A DNA stretch of 64,000 nucleotides, taken from positions 2,414 through 66,413 of the forward strand of contig CAZBMR010000004.1 of assembly GCA_964492695.1 (NCBI GenBank). Reading direction: 5' to 3'. Positions 8,851-17,634 of this stretch are shown here, one piece after another (the stretch's first letter is position 1; each line of letters begins with the position of its first letter). The notes beneath the pieces were generated by a model. The model had not been told where the DNA came from. It ran no database searches and was given only the letters and a program-made list of their open reading frames with translations. The stretch comes from an uncultured Lentimicrobiaceae bacterium (GTDB lineage: Bacteria; Bacteroidota; Bacteroidia; Bacteroidales; F082). The translations under genes and the position numbers were made by a program.

Positions 8851-10377
8851 ATGAACCAACAAACACGATTTAGCGAAGCCATCAAGCAAGGCTACACATT
8901 TAAGGGACCAAGCATTGTATTGGGGGGAGCGGTATTTCAGGGAGAAGCCATCGAAGGACTGCAGGTGCAGGCGCCTTTGAAAATGCTTAACCGCCATGGC
9001 CTGATTGCAGGCGCAACAGGCAGCGGCAAAACAAAAACGCTTCAAGTGCTGGCCGAAAGGCTTTCGGATCAGGGTGTTGCAGTGCTCATGATGGACATCA
9101 AAGGCGATCTGAGCGGCATTTCGCAGCCCGGCAACCCACATCCCAAAATCGAAGACAGGCAGCAAAAAATTGGCATCCCATGGCAGGCTACCGCCTATCC
9201 AGTTGAACTACTTTCGATCTCTGATGAACCCGGCGTGCGCATGCGTGCCACCATCAGCGAGTTTGGGCCGGTCTTGCTGAGCAAAATCCTCGACCTCAAC
9301 GAAACCCAACAAGGTATGGTGGCTTTGGCCTTTAAATACTGCGATGATAAAAACCTGCCACTGCTCGATATCAAGGACTTCCGCGCCGTGATGCAACACA
9401 TTTCGGGCGAGGCCAAAGCAGAGGTTCAACAAAAATATGGACTTGTCAGCACGGCCACCATCGGAACCATCATGCGAAAATTGCTTGAACTCGAGCAACA
9501 AGGAGCTTCGGTTTTCTTTGGAGAAAGAAGCTTTGATGTAGAAGACTTTCTGCGCCTGAGCGATGACGGACGCGGTGTGATTCACCTGCTGCGGTTGACC
9601 GACCTGCAGAGCAAACCCAAGCTTTTTTCTACGTTTATGTTGTGCCTCCTGGCCGAAATCTACGAAAAATATCCAGAGCGCGGCGATGTGGAACAACCTG
9701 AGCTGGTGATATTTATTGACGAAGCTCACCTGATTTTCAAAGAGGCAAGCAAAGCACTGCTCGACCAAATCGAAGCCATTGTCAAACTCATCCGATCAAA
9801 AGGCGTGGGCATTTTCTTTTGTACACAAAACCCGGCAGATGTGCCGGATGCCGTGCTGAGTCAACTGGGCTTCAAGATTCAGCATGCATTGCGCGCATTC
9901 ACAGCCAAAGACCGGAAAGAGATCAAACAAGTGGCCGAGAATTACCCATCGACCGATTTCTATCAGGTTGAAGAACTGCTCACATCGGTTGGCATCGGCG
10001 AAGCCATTGTGACCATGCTTAACGAGAAAGGGATTCCTACCCCATTGGTTCACTGTTTGTTGCAAGCACCACGTTCGAGAATGGATGTGATCACTGAGCA
10101 AGAAATGCAAAAACTTTTACGCAGCAGCCAGCTGATTCCCAAATACAACGAAGAAACCGACCGTGAGAGTGCGTTTGAAATGCTGCAACGCAAATTGACT
10201 GTTGAAGAACCGTCCGATTGGGAAACATCAAAACCTGTGCGAACGAGCGGACGCAGCAAAGCAGAAGAAAGCACCTTCGAGACGGTGATGAAAAGCCCTG
10301 TTACGAACACGATCATCCGCGAAGTTGCACGTGGCTTGCTGGGAATTTTATTACCAACAGCCAAACGTCGCCGATAG
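8851..10377 (+). CDS. HerA-like P-loop ATPase, DUF853 (YjgR-like)
   Basis: Walker A GATGSGKTKT and Walker B LVIFIDEAH. The ATG at 8851 (MNQQTRF) is preferred; the longer ORF from 8632 would overlap the channel gene. Confidence 0.85.
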   Translation: MNQQTRFSEAIKQGYTFKGPSIVLGGAVFQGEAIEGLQVQAPLKMLNRHGLIAGATGSGKTKTLQVLAERLSDQGVAVLMMDIKGDLSGISQPGNPHPKIEDRQQKIGIPWQATAYPVELLSISDEPGVRMRATISEFGPVLLSKILDLNETQQGMVALAFKYCDDKNLPLLDIKDFRAVMQHISGEAKAEVQQKYGLVSTATIGTIMRKLLELEQQGASVFFGERSFDVEDFLRLSDDGRGVIHLLRLTDLQSKPKLFSTFMLCLLAEIYEKYPERGDVEQPELVIFIDEAHLIFKEASKALLDQIEAIVKLIRSKGVGIFFCTQNPADVPDAVLSQLGFKIQHALRAFTAKDRKEIKQVAENYPSTDFYQVEELLTSVGIGEAIVTMLNEKGIPTPLVHCLLQAPRSRMDVITEQEMQKLLRSSQLIPKYNEETDRESAFEMLQRKLTVEEPSDWETSKPVRTSGRSKAEESTFETVMKSPVTNTIIREVARGLLGILLPTAKRRR

Positions 10378-10479
10378 TCCGGCCAGAATCATTCCGGCTT
10401 TAAAAACATAGTCGGCGACATATGAAGCGGCTCAGATTGCCGTTATTAAGTGTATTTTTGCCGAAACTTTTGCTGTCTG

Positions 10480-12420
10480 ATGCAGGGAATACCATTCAAA
10501 ACAGGCCAAACAGGCTTGATCATTTTTGTTTTAACACTCTTGTCATGGCTCGAAATACGGGCACAGGACAGCATCACTCCTGCTCCACCGCCAACAACGG
10601 TGAAAGTGAAGATCGACAGTACACAGGTTCGCTTTTTCAACCTCACTTTCGACAGCCTCTTCCTGGGATACTACCACTATCTCGACACCAATCTGTTGCT
10701 GATGAGCCGCTTCGACCCCCTCAGCCAACAATCACAGCTGATGCAAACCCTTAGCAATGCCGGACTGGCCCACCAGGCCATGGACTACAAACCTGTCTTT
10801 CATGGCGGGTTTGACATGAACCGACATGCGTACAGCGCCTACCTGTTCGACAGAAGCAAAACCTCCTTTACCGATCCAACCGCAGCCATCACTGAAATTA
10901 ATTACATGATGGGATCGAAAAAAGAACAGCAGCTCACAGTGCTATTTGGCCGTCAGGTTGCACCCCGTCTGTATGTTGGGATGGATTTTCAGCTTATCGA
11001 TTCGAAAGGCCCCTACAAAAACAGTGGCACCAGCAATACAAACGCCTATTTTACTGCACGATACAACACCAAAAACCAACGCTACGGGGTTTTAGCCTAC
11101 TACCTTAATAACAAAATCAATGCAGCAGAAAATGGGGGCATTACTGCAGATAGTGTTTTTGAGAAAAATCTGGAGTTCGACCGAAGGGTGATCGGCGTGA
11201 ATCTTGAAACAGCCAAAAACAAATATAAACTCTCGGGATTCGGTTTTGAGCACTATTTTATCTTGCTGCCTGAGCGAAAACAAACCACCGACAGCACCAC
11301 CGAACAACGCAGGTTTCAACTTGGCCGTCTCACCCATCAGTTTGAATACCAACGCAATCAGTCAATCTACTCCGAAACACAACCCCTTGCCGCCTTTTAT
11401 CAGCCATTTGATCCGGTGCTTGATTCGGCCAAAACATACGACAGCACCTATCAGGAAGTGATACGCAATAAGTTTTATTGGAGCAGTCTGGGCTACAAAA
11501 AACATGAAAAAAATGTGCCCTTTCACCTTTATGGCGGTGTTGAACTCAACATGTCGAGCTTTAGCGACAGCACTTTCAAAAAACGACTGTGGCAAGTGAA
11601 TCCATTTGGCGGCATCAACATATCCCTGTTCAGGTCGTTCTATGTCAATGGAACTGCCAGACTGATCACCGGATCGGAATCTTCGGGCGATTTGGAGCTT
11701 TTTGGCCGTGTGAAACAATATCTTGGCACTGAAAGCCGAAACCTTGGAAACCTTTTTTTCAGCGCACGTTTGATCAACCAAAGTCCCTCATGGTTTTTCG
11801 AACGATACCAGTCAAACCACTTCCGATGGCACCAGCAATGGGGCAAATCAACCTATCTTACGCTCGCAGGAGGCTATCAGCTGAAGGGATTTCATGCAGG
11901 GATTGATTTCAACCTACTCGACAAACACATCTTTCTGAATTCGGATGCACGACCGCAGCAGATAAGCGGCAGCATCAGCGTGATGAAGGTTTACACCAAC
12001 CTTCACCTGAAACCCGGCAAATTTGACTTGCTCGCCAACCTGAGTTATCAGGTGAGCGACAACGACAGCATCATCAGCTTGCCGGCAATCTCTGGCAGAA
12101 TCAGGCTTGCCTTCAGCCAGGTGCTGATCAGGGATGTGGCTGTATTGCAGCCTGGTGTGGAAGCCATGTGGTTTTCGGAATATTATGCCGATGCATGGAT
12201 GCCTGCACTTGGCGCATTTTATACGCAGCGGGAAAAGAAAATAGGAAACTATCCTTTCGTGGATGTTTACCTGGCACTCAAGGTAAAGCGGGCAAGAATA
12301 TATGTTCAATACGCCAATCTGTTTGGATTAGCTGGCCAATATAATTATTACACCACGCCCCACTATCCGATGCGAGATGCCCGCTTTTATTTTGGGGTAA
12401 GCTGGCGTTTTTATCAATGA
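10480..12420 (+). CDS. Putative outer-membrane porin / beta-barrel protein
   Basis: Signal peptide (MQGIPFKTGQTGLIIFVLTLLSWLEIRAQ), aromatic-rich alternating pattern and a C-terminal FYFGVSWRFYQ beta-signal. Confidence 0.65.
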   Translation: MQGIPFKTGQTGLIIFVLTLLSWLEIRAQDSITPAPPPTTVKVKIDSTQVRFFNLTFDSLFLGYYHYLDTNLLLMSRFDPLSQQSQLMQTLSNAGLAHQAMDYKPVFHGGFDMNRHAYSAYLFDRSKTSFTDPTAAITEINYMMGSKKEQQLTVLFGRQVAPRLYVGMDFQLIDSKGPYKNSGTSNTNAYFTARYNTKNQRYGVLAYYLNNKINAAENGGITADSVFEKNLEFDRRVIGVNLETAKNKYKLSGFGFEHYFILLPERKQTTDSTTEQRRFQLGRLTHQFEYQRNQSIYSETQPLAAFYQPFDPVLDSAKTYDSTYQEVIRNKFYWSSLGYKKHEKNVPFHLYGGVELNMSSFSDSTFKKRLWQVNPFGGINISLFRSFYVNGTARLITGSESSGDLELFGRVKQYLGTESRNLGNLFFSARLINQSPSWFFERYQSNHFRWHQQWGKSTYLTLAGGYQLKGFHAGIDFNLLDKHIFLNSDARPQQISGSISVMKVYTNLHLKPGKFDLLANLSYQVSDNDSIISLPAISGRIRLAFSQVLIRDVAVLQPGVEAMWFSEYYADAWMPALGAFYTQREKKIGNYPFVDVYLALKVKRARIYVQYANLFGLAGQYNYYTTPHYPMRDARFYFGVSWRFYQ

Positions 12421-12428
12421 CAATAATT

Positions 12429-14171
12429 CTAATGCCCTGTTCCTGAAGGCATCAAAAAGCGTTCGCCTTTGTCTTCAATAATTCTTGCCTTAAATGCTTC
12501 GTCATAACCAGGGTGTTTGGGCGATGCAGGGTAGCCCCATGGATTGCGCAAAAACTGTCCGTCTTTCTCCTGTTTCACATTTCCATCCATGTACTTCACC
12601 AGCAAGAAACCAAAAAGCTGTTGCCATTTTTCGAGGGTTTGGCCGGCTTTGGCTGTGCTGAACTCGGTAAGATAGGCACGCGCCGCCTCGGGATTCACAT
12701 TATAACGCAGCAGTGCCTCCTGGTCGGTCCGCACCACTTCCTGAGCAAAGCTATTTTCCAGTTCAGCCTGTGCCTTGCGCACATCAGGCATCACGCGATC
12801 ATAAAACAGATAGGCCAGATGGGCAACGCGTGTAAAAACCCAAAATGCGGCATCTTCCTTGTAGGTGAGGATATCTCCATACCCGACACCCCACTTTTCC
12901 GGCACCCCTGTAATTCCTGTGTAGAAAGGCACATACACCGTTGATCCTGCATCATCGACTCCAAACCAAAAAATGCCGCCAATGGCATTGGGCAGCCACG
13001 AGCGCATCTGCGCAATAAACGAAAAACCGGTCTGCTGGGTCACCGTAACACGTTCGTGAAAATATTCCTTATCCTGATATTTCCACGTCAGTGGCCTCCA
13101 ACGATAAGGCAAACCAAACGGACCAGCACCTGCATCCAGCGCCATATCGAGCTCGGTTCCCTGAAGGTGGTCGCGCTTGAACGACATCAAATCCTGGGGC
13201 GTCAGTTTGCGGTTCGGTTTCACAAAAAGCGGCATGCGTGTGGTATTCACGTTGCCGGTGGCATAGTCCCAATAATCTTTCATACCATCAGCCACATGGT
13301 TAAACATGCTCCAAACCCTCAATTCGCAAAAACGCAATGCATCGAAACTGACAGGCGCATACGCATCGCAAAAGCTAAATGGTGTTTCACCCTTTTTGTA
13401 ATAGCCTTGTGCAATGGCAAAATCAATCACATCATGCGCATAAATACATTGAATTTCTGGCAGCAGCAATTTATCCCATTGTTTACTGTTGATGCTTATT
13501 TTACCATCAGCCAGCTGAAAGGTGGTGATGCGTGATTGATTGGCATGTGCAGAAACATACCCATCGGGGATACGCATGGCCACCCACACAGCGCCACGGT
13601 TGCGATTGATCTGCTTTCCCTTTTTCTTATCGAACTGCATATCAACACCTTTTCCTACAATCTCCATGATCCACACCTCGTTGGGATCGCCAATCGAAAA
13701 CGACTCACCTGAGCTGGCATATCCGTGCTGTTCAACGAGTTGGGCAATCACCTGAATGGCTTCGCGTGCCGTGCGCGAACGCTGCAACGCCACAAACATC
13801 AGGTAAGCATAATCCATCACACCTGTGCTGTCGACCAGTTCGGGCCGGCCACCAAAGGTAGTCTCGCCCATCGACACCTGAAACTCGTTCATGAAACCCA
13901 ATGTTTGATAGGTATGGGCCACCTGTGGTATCTGTCCGAGCGGTTTGGCAGTGCTGCGGTCGAAAATTGTCAGCATGCTCCCCTCCGGCCAGTCGGCAGC
14001 CGCACTAAAATACAACTCACCATAGCGTATGTGTGAATCGGCTGCATAGCTCACCATGGTTGATCCATCGGCTGAAGCTCCTTTCGAAACCAGATAGTTG
14101 GTACACGCATCAACATATACCGGGGTCGAGAACAATAAATAAACCGCTAAAAATTTCAAAAGTGTTTTCAT
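12429..14171 (-). CDS. C69-family dipeptidase (secreted)
   Basis: The signal peptide ends in VDAC, and the Cys of CTNYLVSKGASADGS is the expected N-terminal nucleophile. Confidence 0.85.
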   Translation of the reverse strand: MKTLLKFLAVYLLFSTPVYVDACTNYLVSKGASADGSTMVSYAADSHIRYGELYFSAAADWPEGSMLTIFDRSTAKPLGQIPQVAHTYQTLGFMNEFQVSMGETTFGGRPELVDSTGVMDYAYLMFVALQRSRTAREAIQVIAQLVEQHGYASSGESFSIGDPNEVWIMEIVGKGVDMQFDKKKGKQINRNRGAVWVAMRIPDGYVSAHANQSRITTFQLADGKISINSKQWDKLLLPEIQCIYAHDVIDFAIAQGYYKKGETPFSFCDAYAPVSFDALRFCELRVWSMFNHVADGMKDYWDYATGNVNTTRMPLFVKPNRKLTPQDLMSFKRDHLQGTELDMALDAGAGPFGLPYRWRPLTWKYQDKEYFHERVTVTQQTGFSFIAQMRSWLPNAIGGIFWFGVDDAGSTVYVPFYTGITGVPEKWGVGYGDILTYKEDAAFWVFTRVAHLAYLFYDRVMPDVRKAQAELENSFAQEVVRTDQEALLRYNVNPEAARAYLTEFSTAKAGQTLEKWQQLFGFLLVKYMDGNVKQEKDGQFLRNPWGYPASPKHPGYDEAFKARIIEDKGERFLMPSGTGH

Positions 14172-14399
14172 AAATTCAAGTTTTGGCATCTTTTTGTGTC
14201 AGGCAGCTAATGTAAAGAATATCTGAACTGCAACTGCGGTCAATCAGTTTGCGGCTGCAATTGCACCGGCAACAACAGTTTATTGGAACAAATGGACATA
14301 TCGAAATCCGGCCCTGTGAGGATGATTCATAAAAAAACCAAAATCGAAACCAAAAAGTGTTTTTACTTGTTGATTGAGCACAAAACACGATTGAACAAA

Positions 14400-15449
14400 A
14401 TGTTTAACATGAAACTTGGCGAAACCGCCACCACCAACAAATTGCTATTGGTCATCATCATTCCTCTGATGTTTTATTTGCTTAAAGTTTTCGACTTTAT
14501 ATTCGCCCCTTTGATGCTTGCTTTTTTCATTACGCTGCTTTTCATGCCAATGATCCGTTGGCTAAGCCGTAAGGGGATGCATCGGATACCAGCCATCAGC
14601 CTCATTATGGGCATCGTTGTTGCCGGCATCGGAGGCCTCGTTTTCCTGATCAAGCTTAGTGGGAAAGAAATGATAGAAGGAAAAGAAAAGCTCTATCAGC
14701 TGCTCGATGAAAAGGTGGGGCAGCAGCTCATACCCATCGCAAAACAAATGGGTCTTGAATCTAATACATCTGAAAGCCCCATTCAGAGCGTATTATTCAG
14801 CGACGAGGTCCGCAGCCTTCTGTTGGGAAGTTTTGGCGAAACGCTGGTGCTCGTGCAGCATACGGCGAGTTTGGTGCTGATGACTTTGTTTTTTTTGGTT
14901 TTATTGTTGGCCGGTTCGCTCAATATGGAAACCATCCTTGGTCAAACTTTATTCAACAATAAAATTCGGTCGGTGCGTACCTATATGGTGATTGAAAAAA
15001 GCATCGCGCGCTTTTTAATTGTCAAGTTCGTGGTGAGCTTTCTCACAGGTCTGGGTTTTAGCATCGTAGCCTGGGTGTCGGGACTAAGTTTTCCGGTGTT
15101 TTGGGGACTGCTGGCTTTTGTGCTCAACTTTGTGCAAATGATAGGATCGATTGTTTCAACCGTGCTGGCGGTACTTTTCGCCTACATCGAAGTTGATCAA
15201 ACCGAAACGGTGCTGATGCTTGCCGTTGCATTCACCTTTGTTCAAGTGATCTTTGGTTCGGTGATTGAGCCCATATTCATGGGTAAATCATTCAGAATAA
15301 ACATTATAGCCATTCTTATTATGTTGATGTTCTGGGGATACCTCTGGGGCATTCCAGGCATGATTGTTTCGATACCTATGACGGTGCTTATAAAAACACT
15401 GCTGGAACAATTTGAAGGAACACAGAAAATCGCAAAGCTGATGGCTTGA
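14400..15449 (+). CDS. AI-2E (PerM/UPF0118) family transporter-like membrane protein
   Basis: About 8 hydrophobic segments with size and layout like the AI-2E family. The internal ATG at 14400 is preferred over 14283. The family call is from memory only. Confidence 0.6.
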   Translation: MFNMKLGETATTNKLLLVIIIPLMFYLLKVFDFIFAPLMLAFFITLLFMPMIRWLSRKGMHRIPAISLIMGIVVAGIGGLVFLIKLSGKEMIEGKEKLYQLLDEKVGQQLIPIAKQMGLESNTSESPIQSVLFSDEVRSLLLGSFGETLVLVQHTASLVLMTLFFLVLLLAGSLNMETILGQTLFNNKIRSVRTYMVIEKSIARFLIVKFVVSFLTGLGFSIVAWVSGLSFPVFWGLLAFVLNFVQMIGSIVSTVLAVLFAYIEVDQTETVLMLAVAFTFVQVIFGSVIEPIFMGKSFRINIIAILIMLMFWGYLWGIPGMIVSIPMTVLIKTLLEQFEGTQKIAKLMA

Positions 15450-15650
15450 CCTATGTATGGTCAGGGTCAGCCACCGATGGTAAAATTTGCTAACATAAGC
15501 TTGTTTATCAAATGGTTAATCTCGATCATTTGGCGTAAAAAAAAGCACACTTTCCCATGATTATTTATTAGTTTTGCGCCCCGAAAAGGAGCTATCTGAT
15601 TCGGCCCGGAGAAGTTTATTATTATTCATGTTTAACATCCTGAACGACTT

Positions 15651-17543
15651 ATGAGAAAATGGCGTGTTGAAGACTCTGCTGAGCTTTACAATATCAATGG
15701 TTGGGGCATCAATTATTTTTCAATCAACGAAAAGGGCAATGTCATTGTGACACCAAAAAAAAATGCTGCAGCGGTTGATATGAAAGAACTCCTCGACGAA
15801 TTGATGCTCCGAGATGTATCAACACCAGTACTTGTGCGATTTCCGGATATCCTTGACAGTCGCATCGAGCTCATGGATACCTGTTTCAAGGCAGCTGCTG
15901 CCGAGTACGAATTCAAGGGACAAAACTTCATTGTGTATCCCATCAAGGTAAACCAGATGCGTCCGGTAGTTGAGGAGATTGTCAGCCATGGAAAAAAGTT
16001 TAACATAGGCCTGGAAGCCGGCAGCAAGCCTGAATTGCACACCGTTTTGGCCATCAACACTGACAATGACTCATTGATTATTTGCAATGGCTACAAGGAC
16101 GAAAGCTATATTGAGCTGGCCTTGCTGGCGCAAAAAATGGGGCGCACCATTTTTATTGTGGTTGAAAAAATGAATGAGCTAAAACTCATTTTCAAAGTTG
16201 CCAAACGTTTGAAAGTGAAACCAAACATTGGCATTCGCATCAAGCTGGCCAGCTCAGGAAGTGGAAAATGGGAAGATTCGGGAGGTGATGTGAGCAAGTT
16301 TGGACTCACCTCGAGCGAGTTGCTCGAAGCACTTGATTTTCTCGAACGCAATAACCTGAAAGAAAGCCTTCGTCTTGTTCACTTCCACATTGGAAGTCAG
16401 GTGAATAAGATTCGACGGATCAAAATTGCCTTGCGTGAAGCAGCACAATTTTATGTACAGATTTATAAAATGGGATTTCACCTTCAGTTTGTTGATGTAG
16501 GTGGCGGACTGGGTGTGGACTACGATGGCACCCGCTCTGCAAACAGCGGAAGCAGTGTGAACTACAGCATTCAGGAATACGTGAACGATGCCACATTTGC
16601 CATGGTCGATGCCAGCGACAAAAACGAAATTCCTCATCCCAATATCATCACCGAATCGGGACGCTCGCTCACCGCACACCACTCTGTACTTGTTTTTGAG
16701 GTGTTGGAATATGCCAGCCTTTCAACCTGGGACGATGATGAAGAGGTGAAGGAGGACGATCACGAGCTGTTGCATGAGCTATACAGTGCCTGGGAAAACC
16801 TCAATCAAACCAAAATGCTTGAAACCTGGCACGACACACAACAAATCCGCGAAGAAGCACTCGACATGTTTAGCCTGGGGCTGCTCGATCTTAAAACCCG
16901 TGCGCAAATCGAACGCCTGTTTTGGTCGATCGCTCGCGAAATACATCAAATGGCCACCGAAATGAAAAGGCCACCCGAGGAATTTTTAAATCTGCCTAAA
17001 TTACTTTCCGACAAGTATTTCTGCAACTTTTCCCTCTTCCAGTCGCTGCCCGATAGCTGGGCCATTGATCAAATATTCCCCATCATCCCCATTCACCGGC
17101 TGGATGAGAAGCCCGACCGTTATGCCACCCTGCAAGACATCACCTGCGACTCGGATGGAAAAATTGACAACTTCATCTCTACCCGGAATTTTTCACATCA
17201 CCTCCCCGTTCATTCACTGAAAGGAAAAGAACCTTATTACATCGGTGTGTTTTTAACAGGCGCCTATCAGGAAATCCTGGGCGATTTGCACAACCTCTTT
17301 GGCGATACGAATGCAGTGCACGTGTCGGTTGACCACAAAGGCTATTACATTGATCAGGTGATTGACGGAGAAACAGTGGCCGAGGTGCTCGACTATGTTC
17401 AATACAACTCTAAAAAACTCGTGCGCACTGTTGAAACCTGGGTGATGACCTCTGTAAAACAGGGAAAAATTACTGCCGAAGAAGGGAAGGAATTTTTATC
17501 GATCTATAGATCAGGTCTATACGGCTACACTTATTTGGAATAA
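15651..17543 (+). CDS. speA: Biosynthetic arginine decarboxylase
   Basis: N-terminus MRKWRVEDSAELYNINGWGINYFSIN and the PLP-lysine motif YPIKVNQ; 630 aa. Confidence 0.92.
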   Translation: MRKWRVEDSAELYNINGWGINYFSINEKGNVIVTPKKNAAAVDMKELLDELMLRDVSTPVLVRFPDILDSRIELMDTCFKAAAAEYEFKGQNFIVYPIKVNQMRPVVEEIVSHGKKFNIGLEAGSKPELHTVLAINTDNDSLIICNGYKDESYIELALLAQKMGRTIFIVVEKMNELKLIFKVAKRLKVKPNIGIRIKLASSGSGKWEDSGGDVSKFGLTSSELLEALDFLERNNLKESLRLVHFHIGSQVNKIRRIKIALREAAQFYVQIYKMGFHLQFVDVGGGLGVDYDGTRSANSGSSVNYSIQEYVNDATFAMVDASDKNEIPHPNIITESGRSLTAHHSVLVFEVLEYASLSTWDDDEEVKEDDHELLHELYSAWENLNQTKMLETWHDTQQIREEALDMFSLGLLDLKTRAQIERLFWSIAREIHQMATEMKRPPEEFLNLPKLLSDKYFCNFSLFQSLPDSWAIDQIFPIIPIHRLDEKPDRYATLQDITCDSDGKIDNFISTRNFSHHLPVHSLKGKEPYYIGVFLTGAYQEILGDLHNLFGDTNAVHVSVDHKGYYIDQVIDGETVAEVLDYVQYNSKKLVRTVETWVMTSVKQGKITAEEGKEFLSIYRSGLYGYTYLE

Positions 17544-17634
17544 ACCCTTGCATCTGTTTTACTGGCTGAAAGGCAGAAGCTGACGCCGTTCAGCCAAAAA
17601 AACTTATGTGTCTTTGGAGGTCATCGGTTTTTAC

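Noticed and set aside
9208-9768. 186-aa ORF on the - strand
   Set aside because: It is antisense to the DUF853 ATPase gene, and I recognise no motif in it.
17564-17602. Hairpin GGCTGAA-N18-TTCAGCC followed by an A-run, between the convergent speA and DUF5916 genes
   Set aside because: The polarity is wrong for an intrinsic terminator on either strand: hairpin then A-run on the + strand, U-run before the hairpin on the - strand. The 18-nt loop is also long.
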